Below are positions 49,600 to 63,133 of a DNA stretch of 64,000 bases, piece by piece. The position numbers and the translations under genes are program-made. The stretch's first letter is position 1. The number at the start of each line of letters is the position of its first letter. The stretch covers positions 51,338,001-51,402,000 of the forward strand of contig NC_045697.1 in NCBI RefSeq assembly GCF_009834535.1, read 5' to 3'. Source of the DNA: Camelus ferus (taxonomy: Eukaryota). The notes beneath the pieces were generated by a model that saw only the letters and a program-made list of their open reading frames with translations, had not been told where the DNA came from and searched no databases.

Positions 49600-50700
49600 T
49601 GAAACCTTTTTCAATCCTGATTTTGCTTGGCTTCTTGATTTCAACCGCTGGGCAGCATTTAGTATGCTTAACCACATTTTTCTTCTATTTCCAAAACAAA
49701 GCCCACTATGAGTCTTTCTATTTCCAGTATTTCCTTTGTGGCCTCCTGTTCCTCTCAAGTCTTGATCATTAGAGCTTTTTCTAGGCCTTACCTTCTCATT
49801 CTACTGCCTCCTCTTGGGTGATCTCATTGGTTCCTGTGGCTTCAGTACCATTTCTGCACTGAGTATTCAAAGTCTGCACCTCCAATTCTTCGGCTATGTA
49901 GAGCTTCAGACTAATACAGCTGCCTGACTACTGGACAGCTCCGTTTGGCTGTCTGCAGGCACTAAATTCAGTATATCCAAAGTTCATCTCATTATCACCC
50001 CCTAACCAAACCTGGTCCTTTTTTTTATATTCTCTACCAACCAAGTTGTCCAGGTCAGAGAAATAAATATCCTGAATTCACCCTCTCCTTTAACCTTCCT
50101 TTCTTTTCTCATACTATAATAAAATTCTTTTGCTTCTCTAAGTCTCCATTGCTGGTACCTATAAGCCACAATCATCTCACTTGAATCTCCACATCTTCCT
50201 AACTGCTCTCTACCTGTAATCTTGCCTATCCAATCTATTCTTCATTCGGTAGCTGTAGACTTTTTTCAAAAGGAAATAGGATTTCCTGCCTAGAACCCTT
50301 TGCTAATCATTGTTTTTAAAAATAGAGTTCAGAGTCTTCAACATGGTAACTCTGAAACACTCAGCTTTAATTTATGCAGTCATTCTATTGCTGATCTTTA
50401 TCCCTCTAGGCTTTCTCACATGCCTAGCAACACTGCTTCCCGTCAACCATCTGCAGCTGAAGTGTCATTTCCTCTGGGAACTTTCCCCTGCTTCATATCT
50501 GTGCTGAGTGGTCCTCCTCTTTGTATCCATAGCTCTTTCCAAATTCTACATGGCACTTACTACACTGTATTGTAACTTGGATGTGTATCCTCATTAGCAT
50601 GTACCCAGTGTGAGGGCAGAAAGAGTTCCAGGTGTAGGGTTTTACCCCTTAGGCCTAGAACATGACAGATGCTTGATAAATTCTAGAATGAACAAAATAG
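49600..50700 (+). mobile_element. L2 LINE fragments
   Basis: ttaaccacatttttcttct...gggtgatctcatt...tcctgtggcttcagtacc...3' end gcttgataaattctagaatgaac. Confidence 0.6.
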
Positions 50701-51074
50701 TGACAATAATATCTATCATCTACTGCACAGTATTTATGTCAGGTCCTGGCCTGAGTGCTTTTCATGCTTTAGCTTATTTACTGTTTGCAAGAACCTGGTA
50801 AATTAGAGGCTGTTATAATTCCCAGTTGACAAATGAAGGCATTAGGTTTAAAGAGATTAAATCTCAGGCTCAAGGATGCATAGTACATAGTAATAAGTAA
50901 TTTAGCCTGGATTTGAATGCACATTTCTCCTGAATCCTAAAATGAGAAATGGAAGGAAGGAGGCTGGTGGCTAGGGAGGAGTATTAACTAAATTTATATG
51001 GGAATAGTGAATGGGGATACATGGATCCAAGACGTTTACTTTGATTCTTTTACAGTAACTGAAACCAAAGCATC

Positions 51075-51419
51075 TATTATGGGCTGAATATTTGTGTCCC
51101 CCACAAGTTTTTAGGTTGAAACCTTATGCCTAATATATTATTTGGAGTGGGGTGTTTGGGAGGTAAGTAGGTTAGGAGTGTAGAGCTTTGTAAATGGAAT
51201 TAGTACCTTACAAAGACCCTAGAGGGCTCCCTTGCCCTCTTTTTTTGTATGAGGACATAGCAAGGAGACGGCCTTCTATGAACCAGAAATGGGGCTCACC
51301 AGACACTGAATCTTCTGATCTTGGACTTCCCAACCTTCAGAACTATGAAAAATAAATATTTATTGTTTAAGTCATCCCATCTATGTATTCTATTATAGCA
51401 TCTCAAATAGACTAAAACA
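51075..51419 (+). mobile_element. MLT1A-like MaLR solo LTR
   Basis: tattatgggctgaatatttgtgtcccc...gatcttggacttcccaaccttcagaactatgaaaaataaa...atagactaaaaca. Confidence 0.8.
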
Positions 51420-51814
51420 GGTTCTGAGTTGGTGAAAGTCAAGATTAGAAAACAGTTACCTAAGGCTTCTTCAGATACCCAGGAATCTACTTAAAACAGT
51501 CTTTGAAACAAATGAAGACTTCTGAACATTGAAACATCTATAATTGTTGCCTAGTTTTTTAAACCTTAGGTTATGCTCAGATATCAAAAAAGAGTATAGA
51601 GATTTATCAATAAGGATATTCATTTCAGTGTTGTGAAATCAGAAATAACCTTAAGTTTCCAAAAAGGCAATTGATGGAGTTTTTTCCTATGCCCGTGATG
51701 TAATACTGTAGACATTAATAAAGATGATGGGGAAGATAATTAATGATATGGATATTCATGATATAACTAATGGGGGAAAAGCAAATTATTGAATAATATG
51801 TATAGATTCTTTTG

Positions 51815-54575
51815 AATGAAATTAAATAAGTAATTTTTTTAAAACTCCCAACAAACAAAAGTCCTGGACCAGGTGGCTTTACAGGTGAAGTCTACCAAAC
51901 ATTTAGAGAAGAGTTAACACCTTCTTAAGCTATTATAAAAAATTGCAAAAAAAAAAAAAAATTGCAGAGGAAGGAATACTTCTCAACTCATCCTATGAAG
52001 ACAGCATCACTGATACCAAAACCAGAAGAAGGTATCACCAAAAAAAAAAAAAAAATTATGGAACACTATCATTGATGAACAAAGTATTAGCAAACAAAAT
52101 CCAACAATACATTAAAAGGATCATACACCATGATCAAGTGGGTTTACCCCAGGTATACAAGGATGGTTCAGGATCTATAAATCAATTCAATGTGATATGC
52201 AATGTTAATAAAGAATAAAATAACAAAAAACCATCTCAATAGATGCAGAAGAGGCTTTTTGACAAAATTCAACATCTATTTATGATAAAGACTCTCTAGA
52301 AAATGGATATAAAGTAAACATACCTCAACATGATAAAGGCCATGTATGATAAGCCTTCAGCCAGCATCATACTTAGTGGTGAAAAACTGGAAACATTTCC
52401 TCTAAGAACAGAAACAAGATAAGGATGCCTGCTTTCACTGCTTTTAATCAACATATTATTGGAAGTCCTAGGTATAACAGACTGGAATCTAAACTGAAAA
52501 AGAGTAAAACTGTCATTGTTTGCAGATGACATAGAAAATCCTGAAGACACTACCAAAAAATTACTTGAGCTCATTAATTAGTTTGGTAAAGTTGCAGGAT
52601 ACAAAATTAATACACAGAAATCTGTTGCATTTCTATATACTAGCTACACACTATCAAAGAAATTATGGAAATAATCCCATTTACAGTTGCATCAAAAAGA
52701 TTAATAAAATACCTAGGAATAAACCTACCTAGGAGGTAAAAGACCTATGCTCAGAAAATGTTAAGATTATGGTGAAAGAAACTGAAGATGACACAAACAG
52801 ATAAAAAGATATACTGTGTTCATGGTTTGGAAAAATTAGTTTGTTACAATGGCCATTCTACCGAAGGCAACCTGCAGATTCAGTGCAATCCCTGTCAAAA
52901 TACCAGTGGCATTTTTCACAGAACTAGAACAGATAATTTAAAAATTTGTGTGGAAACACAAAAGACCCTGAATAGCCAAAACAATCTTGAACAGAGCTGA
53001 ACAAAAAAAAACAGAACTGAAGGAATCATGCAGGAATCATGCTTCCTGACTTCAGACTATACTACAAAACTACAGTGTTCAAAACAGTTTAATACTGGCA
53101 CAAAAACAGACCAATCAGTGGAACAGAACAGAAAGCCCAGAAATAAACCCACACACTTATGTGCTAGTCTATGACAGTTACTCTGTCAGTTACTCTATGA
53201 CAAAAGGAGAAAAAATATACAATGGAGAAAAGACAGTCTCTTCAGTAAGTGGTGTTGTGAAAACTGGAAATAATCTTCATGTAAAAGAATGAAATTAGAA
53301 CATTTTCTCACACCATTTACAAAAATAAACTCAAAATGGATTAAAGACCTAAATGTAAGGCTGGAAACCATAAGACTCCTAGGAGAAGACATAGGCAGAA
53401 CACTCTTTGACATATATTGTAACAATATTTTTTTGGATCTGTCTCCTAAGTCAAAGGAAACAAAAGAAAAAAATAAACAAGTATGAGCTAATTAAACTTA
53501 AAAGCCTTTTCACAGCAAAGGAAACCATTGGCAAGATCTAAAGATAACCTACTGAATGGGAGAAAATATTTGCAAATGATATGACCAACAAAGGGTTAAT
53601 ATCCAAAATATATAAATAGGTCATACAACTCGACATCTAAAAAATAAAACCACACAACCTAATTTAAAAATGGGCAGACACCTGAATAGACAGCTTTCCA
53701 AAGAAGACATGCAAATTGCGAGTAGGCACATGAAAAGATGCTGTGTTGCTAATCATCAGGGAAATGCAAATCAAAACAACGAGATATCACCTTGAACCTG
53801 TCAGAATGGCTGTCATCAAAAAGGCCACAAATAATAAATGTTGCTGAGGATGTGGAGATAAGGGAACCCTTGTATACTGTGGGAATGTAAATTGGTGCAG
53901 CCACTATGGAAACAGTATGAAGTTTACTCAAAAAATTAAAAATAGAACTACCGTGTAATCCAGCAGTTCCACTCCTGGCTATATATTTGGAGAAAACTAT
54001 TAACACTAATTTGAAAAGATACGTGCAACCCAATGTTCATAGCAGTATTATTTACCGTAGCCAAGATACGCAAGCAACCGAAGTGTCCATCAACACATTA
54101 ATGAATAAAGATGTATATATATATACAGTGGAATGCTACTTAGCTATAAAAAAGAATGAAAATTTGCCATTTGCAACAACATGGATGGACTTGGAGGATA
54201 TTATGCTTAGTGAAATGAGTCAAACAGAAAGAGAAATCCTGTATGTTATCACTTATATGTGGAATCCAAAAGATAAACTAGTGAATACAACAAAACAGAA
54301 ACAGACTCACAGATGTAGAGAACAAACTAGTGGTTACTAGTGGGGAGAGGGAAGGGAGAGTAGCAAAATAGGGGTAGGGAATTAAGAGGTACAACTACTA
54401 TGTATAAAATAAATAAGCTACAAGGCTATATTGTACAGCACAGGGAATATAGCCAGTATTTTATAATAAGTATACATGGAGTATAATCTGAAAATTGTGA
54501 ATCAACTATGTTGTACACCTGAAACTTACATATTGTAAGTCAACTATACCTCAATAAAAGATAAATTATAAAAGC
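51815..54575 (+). mobile_element. Degenerate 5'-truncated L1 (RT and C-terminal ORF2 plus 3' UTR)
   Basis: ORF2 fragments KVLANKIQQYIKRIIHHDQVG, ISIDAEEAF, LFADD (ttgtttgcagatgac near 52516), TPFTKINSKWIKDLNVR, FATTWMDLEDIMLSE; many frameshifts; ends aactatacctcaataaaa. Confidence 0.95.
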
Positions 54576-56204
54576 AAAAATTAAATCCTTATACAAAGAA
54601 TAAGCCACAAATTGTAAATAGTGATAAACAGTATTTGTGATTTTTCTGAACAATTTTTGAAGCTAAAAACAGTGAAACATTAATTTTGTCATCATGAAAA
54701 GTGTTGTTACATCTTTTCATAAACATTTGGATAAAGCGAGAACCTGTATAATTTTTTTCATTAAATAAGATCTTAAGTCTTTCTTGAAAAATTATAGTTT
54801 TAATGAATTAATATAACTGAAGTGATTAAAGTTTGAACTAAAACTATTAGAGTGGGGGCTAATGATTAACTTATAATGAAAAATAAAAACAATCTAATGT
54901 TGAGCTTTTTATTCTTTAAAATTTTATTGATCTACCTGGTTGATGTGTCTTACAGCACAGGTGAGACTGGGATGGTAGCAATGGGCACTTGGGCTGAGCC
55001 AGTTGTGAGAAGAGTTGCAGGGGCAATTATTCAGTGCCAGAGGAATCTCATTGCCCACCCTGCAGGCTGTGTCTTAGCCAAATAGCCCAACACTGCCCAC
55101 TAGTGGTGTGTAGAAACAAAGTATCAATGCTAATAAAGGGCAGGTATTTTGATAGGCTTTATTACACCTAGGACTTTCAAATTTTAATGAATATTTTTAT
55201 GCTTGTAGAGCTTTATAATTCACAAGAAACAAGCCTATTTATTTCACATATGGGAAAACTGAGAAGTCAAATGAATAGCCCTAGATCTCAACGCTAGATA
55301 GTGATACAGGTGCTGGAACCTGGGACTCCAGTGTCTCTAATCAGCATAATTTCTGCCAAGCTGAGCTGCCTTCTAAATTGGGTTGCTGATATCCTGAGAG
55401 TTCAAGGTATTTATCAAACCCAGTCCTGAGTTGTGGACTCAATTATGCACACGAAGCTCCTAGCTCCTCATTATTTTCAACTGTCCCCTAACTTTGCATG
55501 ATGATTTATGATACCTTGGGTGTAGATAAGCCGTTGAATCTCAGGGGTTCTGTGTATGTATTCCAGCTAGTGTTACATAGAAAAATGTGCAGATTAAAAA
55601 CATCACCCCTGATATTTTGTTATTGCTGCTGAGATAAAGCTGGTACACGAAGGCTGAACTTTCTGGAAATGTACGTTGTCCCTAGTAGCAACGGTAACCG
55701 GAGGATCTAATATCATTTATTGCAGACACATTTTCATTGTTAAAAGGGCATGTTATTTCTTGAGTTGAGGCTTGTGTGGAATTATTGTAGTTCCGGTTTC
55801 ATCGTCTCCTGACCCCTAAAGGTAGAATTGTGGCCTTTGTGTTTTACATCTTTCTTGTGAAACAGGCAGCAAATGAAACCACAAAGGTGTTAACGAATGA
55901 GATGGTGAGACCGATAAGTCTAACAATTTGACAGGGTGTGTATAATTACACATTTTTTCATTTGGTCTTACTTCCCCTGACAGCATTTAGAGATGGGCAC
56001 ATTTTACTTGATTAACTAATTTTCAAGTCTGTACCTAGAGGGAGTGCTCACCTGAATTTTGAACTGACTTGTATCAGTTCACAGAAATGAGAGTCAAATT
56101 TAGGATTAACGCCTCTAGATGGTGCCTGTGACCTATGTTTGGATTCAGCAGCTTTGTATGGCAGAGGCAAAGGAAGAACACTGTAGGGGAGAAGGGGTTT
56201 TTGT

Positions 56205-56206
<2 letters not shown>

Positions 56207-56264
<58 letters not shown>
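56207..56264. repeat. (TG)29 microsatellite
   Basis: Perfect TG run of 58 bp. Confidence 0.95.
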
Positions 56265-56266
<2 letters not shown>

Positions 56267-57564
56267 GGTGTTGTCCATTCCCCAGATCCTTTGGGGAGGC
56301 AGTCTTAAAGACCAAAAGGAAGACTGGGGCCCCTATGTGATTATTCAGTTCTCATTTCCCCAATTCCCTTTGTTTTCTCCCTTTTGAGAAAGAGAGTTCA
56401 TAAAATTGATATCAATAAAAGTATGAAATTCAAGAAGAAAATCTGGAATTTTAAGATCTCATGTTTTTAGGAATGATGTTTTTAGGAATGATGAAGTGAC
56501 TCTTCCATGTGTATATTAGTATATAATAGCTGTGAATAAGCATATACAGAAGGCATTCTCTTAGAATTCTAATCTTTGTCTGTGACGTTTATGCACAGTC
56601 TTTTTCTCTTTCTTTGTATTTTAGCCCTGGAGTGTATAGAATCTCCACCGTTTTCTACCGCTTGTCAAGGTTAATTTAATCATTCAAGTGTTTTTTTTCC
56701 CAGTTGATATCATGTGTAACTAAGGTCAATGTCCATGATTTAGTCTAGACCTTTAGACCTTTAGAAGTCAGCAAGGAACTGAGTTTTCAGCTCTTTGGTT
56801 TTCAAGATCAATAACTTTTTCAAGCGCAGAGAGTCTAATCAAATCTTGGGTCACATAATCTGTAATTAACAGAGACTGGGTTGAAGCCCAAGTCAACCAG
56901 TCTCCAAACTTAACCGTCTTTCTGCCTTACACACTCTTTCAGAAAAAACAAATTTCATTGGATTTCCAGTGATTTCATAGATCCAAAATTTGAGGATCAG
57001 TTTAGGGTTGGCAATGTTTTACTTAGTAAGGACATTTAAAGCCACCCCTAAAATCATGTCACCACTGCTTCATAAAAGGAGGGACATTTTAACACCATGT
57101 GGGTAAGAAGATTTGATCTCAGAATCTATGGCAATCTTTTAATTTAATAATTTACTTTCATGTAAGACTCTGCATTGTTCACTTCACCAAGGACAAATGA
57201 ACTCTTCATTTGTTAGTGGTCCAAGAGCTGCTTTAGAGAACCCATCTATGACAATCTCTTCATGTTTTCAAATGGAGAAACTGAGGCCCAAATAAATAAG
57301 TAATATGTTTAATCTCGTATATCCAGTGAGTGGCAGAGAATTGAGTTTTCCTTATTTCAAGAGGTGGGAAGGTGGATAATTTTCTCCCACTCTTCTCTTT
57401 TCAGCTGTTGCTGAGTGAAGGACACACACAAGTGCAAAGCAGCAGCAGTATATGGCAGGCAGAAAATAGATCCCATAATGAAATTTTCAGTTCTGTGTCA
57501 TTATGGCACTTGAATTTTCTGTCAAACCCATCGTTTCTCTTTTTCCTTTGTCCTGTGTTTTGTT

Positions 57565-57735
57565 TTTATTAATTTTCCCCAGCTTTGTAATTAAAAAATT
57601 AAATTGCATGTATTTGAGGTGAACAACATGAAGATTTGAGGTATGTATGCAATGTGAAGTGATGACCACAGGCAAAATAATTAACATATCCATCACCTCT
57701 CATAGATACCAGTTTGTGTGTGTGTGTGTGGGGGG
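57565..57735 (-). mobile_element. Short L1 3' end
   Basis: tcccagcttt...aaattgcatgtatttgaggtgaacaacatg...aattaacatatccatcacctctcatagatacc, the reverse of an L1MA-like terminus. Confidence 0.7.
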
Positions 57736-58247
57736 GTCCATTTTGTTTCTGAGCCCTTTTTAGATATTTATCATTATTTATTAAAGGAAAAAAATAATAT
57801 TTACTGAGCCCTTGCTCTATGACAGGCATTTTGCTAGGGATTTTGCATACTTGTGTAATCTTGGTTTGTTCCACAGCAGAGAGTGAAATCTGTATGAATA
57901 ATAGTAAATGTCCAAGTTTTCCACACCATTGATTTTCACGATGTTTGGTATTTTCTTTAGAAATGAAGAACAGTATTTTCCTGCCATTGGAATTAACCGT
58001 ATTATTGTATCCGTCTACAAATTCTCCCTAGTTCTTCATTTTACTATAGCTGTGGTCAGAGGAGGGGCCTTTTAGAAGCACCATGCAATAGAGTTGGTAG
58101 AGGAAATAAATCGCGATGAGCTGCATTTGTGTACAGATTAATGAAGGGGGACGGATAGGAGAATCAGGTCAATGCCATTTCATCCTTTGGAATCACTTCC
58201 AATTTAGAAAAATGGATGAATATCTCCAGCAACCAATTTTCACTATG

Positions 58248-58265
58248 TGACCACCAGGGGGCGTT
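58248..58265 (+). promoter_or_regulatory. Consensus CTCF-binding motif
   Basis: TGACCACCAGGGGGCGTT; the core CCACCAGGGGGCG matches the canonical CTCF core. Confidence 0.75.
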
Positions 58266-59649
58266 CAACACTGTCAGATTGTAGTGGTTCTGCCTCCAGT
58301 AAAATTACAGCACCATAGGTTTTTCTGTAATTATGGCTTTTCTCTCTGTCCATCCTTTCTTCTTCAGAATAAGTTCAGTAGGTAAATATTTAATGTATCG
58401 ACTTCTGATGCTCTAATAAGATTCCATGGAAAATAAATAGTCCTTTTATGGGGTTTGACTATATGTAAAGTGCTGAGCTTTAGTTATCTTTACTATTGCT
58501 TCTTAGAATAAACTTTCTAGAGCCTTCCATGAAGATGATGCTGCAGGATGAACATGCCGCTAGAATGCTCTCTGCCTCCCATCTCCAGTTTTCTCATCTT
58601 ATTAAGTGCCAACCTACTCTTTACAGCCAAAACTAAAATCCCTTTCTCCTTGATGAAATGTTTTCTGGCCCTTTGGTTTTCAGAGAACTTTCTTCTAAAC
58701 TCTCACAGTATTTGGGTGTCAGTTCCAAATTCTCCACTTAGTTTTGTCTTTTCTAACACCATTAAATTCTCAACTGTTGCTTTCTTTCCTCCACCAGGTT
58801 AAGAACTCCTGGAGTTAAAGCAGTTGAATTAGGCTTTCTCCCCAGGCCACAGAGGTGCAGGGGTGAAAATGTGGTCTCCATGACAATGGCATGTTTTCCA
58901 GCTCCGTCCTCACTCATTTTGTGAGAATGTCAGCTCCCCCAGATTCTTCCAAACTAGGTCTGCAAGTCCGCTAGGTTTTCTTCCATGTGCTGGTCTATCA
59001 GTCAGAGCAGCTGTCAGTAGTCCATGCTCTCTCTTCCCTCCTGCAGTGACATTGTTGCTGCTGCCACCAAATACATCTGGAGTGCCTACAGCATGGGTGG
59101 TTCATGCCAGTTCTGTGACACCACCAGGGCTGCCCAGCAAAGCTGGCCTTCCCTCTGGCTCCTTCCCAAGATGCAGCCCCTTCAGCCTTCCTGCCCAGGC
59201 CTCTGTGCTGCAAAGGTATCTGAAGGGAGAGGGGAGTTGTTAATCCTCACTTGTGCTGTGATATGTAGCATAACTCAGTGCAGTGTAACCGTGTGTTGTA
59301 ACACCTTACAGAAGCGTTAGAGAAATAGGTATTTTTGTGCTTAGTGCCTCTTGTGTACCCCTTTTTAACAAAAAGCCATCTTTTTAATTTGTTTCCAATT
59401 ACAAAATAAATCTGAGACCTTCACAAGAAGTTTTCAAATACAGAAATATTTTTCTCTATGTCTGTTGAGGGTGTGTGTATATATGTATATGTGTGTGTGT
59501 CTGTGTAAAACTTTTTGTTCTTATGTAACAGATGCATTACTGTGTAACTTAAATAATTTATTTTGCAAAAGTCTGTGTCCACAAAAAACAACCATCTCTC
59601 CGTGAAACATCCAAATGGTAATGGCCTGGGCACCAACCTGACTGAAGAG

Positions 59650-61870
59650 GGAAAAGTCCATGCTTTTCCCTGGTTGCTTTTTTCCTAGGATCCTGAAACT
59701 TTTAATTTTGGCTCTTTTTGATGTGTGTAAATTTTAAAATTTTATGTATTCAAATCTTTTCATGTGCTTTTGTGATTTCCTAGCAGGTATCGTTCACACT
59801 CAAATATCAGCAAAATATTCACATGTATTTTCCTTTTGTTTTATTTTAAAACTATTTTAAAAATATGAAGTTTATTAGATTTTATGGAATAGCTTCTTTT
59901 TTTCTTCCAAAGGTTGATCTGGTCAATTTTACACCCTTTATTGAATAATTTATTTTTATTCATTGTTTTGTGAGATTACCTCCATAATACATTAGGTTCT
60001 TTTATGAACTTCGGTTATTTGGGGTTTCTCTGTTTTGTTTTATTGATCTCCTTGTCCCTTTCCCAATGCAACATTGACTTAATTACCTTTTTGAGAAATT
60101 ACTTTGATTTTAAAATAAATGTTAATATTTGGTAAAGCAAGGTTCCTTTATTGCTGAATTAAAACATTATTATGTAATCTTTTCTATTCACAATTCCAGA
60201 TTAAATTTAGAATAATTTTATTCAGTTGGGATTTCTCATTATTCCATTCAATAAATCTTTATAGAGTCCTTCACTCTGCCAGGCATTCTAAGTGGTCAGA
60301 AATAGGATGTAATTATGTACAAGACAGACAATCACTGTGCTCTTGGATTCACAGTCTTTTAGAGGAGACAAACGACAGGAATGGATATACAACACAAAGT
60401 TAGGTGGTGATAGGTGTGGCAAAGGAAAAAGAACAGGGTGTGGATGGTATTAGATAACGTTGTCTGAGAAAGGTCTTTCTGAGGAGACTGCATTTGCATA
60501 AAGTGAAAGTGAGTAGAAAGGAGTAGCCACGGGCAGAGGGAACACAGGTCTGGAGGAGCAGGAAGAAGGCTGGTGTGGTTGGAAGGCGGGAGGGGTGGAG
60601 GGTATGAAATCAGAGATTTAATCAGGGGTCAGATTATGTGGGTCCCTGTACTCCCTGGGAAACACTTTGGATTTTAGACAGATGTTTTAAAATTAAAATT
60701 ATGGAAAAATTATAAATTAATTTGAGAAAGAATTGATATATTTTCAAAGTTCCATCTTTCCATCAAAAAAATATGGGTCTCATCACGTTTGCTGTTTTTC
60801 CTCCCTCCTTCTTCACATTTTATAGTAAAATTATGTCATTTTTTACATAGATTTCTCACATATGTTTAGGTTATTTCTGGGTATTTTATGTATGTTGAAT
60901 GCTATTGTCAGTGGAGTATGTGTATTCCACTAAATATATGTCTGTGTATCTAGTGTATTTTTCTAACATGTTTTCTGGTATATAAGAAAATATGGATATT
61001 TGTATATTTTACATCTGAGTACAAAATTTGAGATTTTCAATTAATTCTATACCACTTTTGTATAAACCATTTTATACAATGTGTAAACACTTTGTCTTCC
61101 AATGTAATGACAGATTGTCCTCTTCATTTACATATCTCTGCCAGATTAAGAGTGATGTTGGGTATCTTTGTTTATTCATTATTGATAGAAATGACTCTAG
61201 AGATATGTTGCCTGCAATGTCATTATTTAAGAATACTCCCTTATTTGCATACTAAAAGAAGTTCCTTCTAGTTCTAGCTTTTAAAATTTCTTTTCTTTTT
61301 CCTTAATAATGGGTTATTGATATTCAAATTCCTTTTTAGATCTTTTGAGATGACTATGATTTTTGTCCTTTGACTTACAGATTTAAAGAAAGATTTATAG
61401 ATTCTTCTAGGATTAAACAATTGTTGGACTCCTGAAATCAATGCTATTTGATTATGGTAACTGTTCGCTCCAGACTGCTGATTAATTTACTTTGCTCTTA
61501 TCTTATTTTGACCTTTCAAATCCACATAAGTGAGATTTATAGGTTTTGTATTTTAGACTCTCTTTGGTCACCTCTGCTATTTTGGTTATACTAGCTTAAT
61601 AAAATGAACTGAATTACCTACTAATAAAATTGCCTGGTCCTAAAATCCTTTATTACAGATAATTAGTTGATAACTTCCAGTTTCTTCCAAGCTTATCGGT
61701 TTTTTCATGTTTGATATTTTTCTTGAATTCATTTTAATTATCTATATTTTCCCTCTCAACCTTTTATCTCATTGAGATTTTATAATTTATCAGCACCGAC
61801 TTGTAGGTAGTAATTATCTGTGTTGATGGAAAAATTTCTCTCTCTCTTTTCGTTGTAAAGCCTCTCTTGT
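59650..61870 (-). mobile_element. Very old L1-like (L1ME/HAL1) T-rich fragments with an L2 insert at ~60240-60680
   Basis: T-rich reversed-L1 texture; L2 3' end attccattcaataaatc...ctgccaggcattcta...gatgtggattttag-like segment. Confidence 0.45.
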
Positions 61871-62730
61871 CCCTGGGACTTAAGTTTGAGACCATAGGGG
61901 CAGGGTTGGAAGGCAGTCTGAGAGATGGACTTGGAGCTCTACTCATTTGCTCTTCTCTCATTGTCTGTGAACAAACATGTGATGTGAGGTAGGGTAGTTT
62001 ATTAGTCGGAAATTAAGTTATTACAGAAAAGAAGTAGTTTGCTTGCTCACCTGTGTTTGTATACTGTGGCTCCTATCTGCTACTTGTTCCACAGCTTGTG
62101 TTTTATTAGGACAAATGACTTTTCTAGGAAGCTCTCCAGTTCCTCCTACAAATAGTAGCCTAGAATGGACCCAGGTTCCCTCTCACTAGACAATCCCAGG
62201 TATGTCTGAGTCTTAGAATGTGATCTTTCAAGATGAGGTCTATTTGACAGATACGGGATCTTCCCCAAGTGGTTCCAAATTGAAAAATGATCCGTGGGCA
62301 GAAGCTGTAGAAAGTTGGATTTGGACTTAACGTAAAGAAATTTTAGTAAATCTTGTCCCAAGCTGGAATGGGCTTCTTTGGATAGTTATACTCCCATTAT
62401 TGGAGGTATCTGAGGATTGATTGAGTGTTCATTCAGTGAATGTTTCAGATGGGATTGAGGCCATTGAGGAGAGTACTTCAGCAGGGTAATAATCTTTTCC
62501 TGTCTTGAGATTATATGATCATACTCCCTAGAATCTCCCTCAGTGCACAGTTAGATGCCTTGTCAGTGAGTGAGCAGGAAGTCAGAATTAATAAACTGAA
62601 AGTAATCCGCAAATTCAGTGTTTTAGGAAGCAGAGAAACCAATGTGCATGGTGGAATCTGGCCCAAGCTGCTCCTTGGGTACAGACAACCCATGGGAAAT
62701 GTAAACAAATGCTGCCATTGATGTCAGTGC

Positions 62731-63133
62731 TGTTAAAAAAAAAATCAGCTGGGTAATTTTAGATCAAATTGGCTTTATTTAGTGATTCATGAATCAGGCA
62801 ACATCCCATCTAGCAAAGAGAAAGGAGCTCTGAGGAACTGTTCCAAAGGGAAGGTTTTTAAAGGCAGAAGGAGGGTAGGACAATGAAGTCATAAACAAAA
62901 GAAAGGTTTTTTGTTTTTTTGTTTTTTTTTTTCCAGGAAAGATCATCTTCCTTTGTGGGAAGGTAGGGTCTGTCCTGCCGATTATCTCACTAGTGCTGAT
63001 CAGGTAATTCCATATTGACTGGGTAAAGTTCACATTCCAGGGAGAGGTTGAAACTGCAGTTAAGTCTTGGTTTGCTGTTGTGGGGCTTAGTATAAGTGAC
63101 TCCATTTTGGACCTGTTATTTCTTTTTTTAACG
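62731..63133 (-). mobile_element. Solo ERV1-type LTR
   Basis: Inverted termini TGTTAAAA...TTTTAACG; reverse strand CCAAAATGGAGTCAC and AATAAA (ctttatt near 62773). Confidence 0.65.

Noticed and set aside
51815..54575. Functional reverse transcriptase system
   Set aside because: Ordinary 5'-truncated L1 with many frameshifts, stops and deletions, and no ORF1 or endonuclease domain.
55095..55110. CCACTAGTGG palindrome as a CTCF site
   Set aside because: Needs a gap to fit the core and lacks the GGC end.
56461..56493. 15-bp tandem duplication ATGTTTTTAGGAATG x2
   Set aside because: Simple local slippage with no sign of function.
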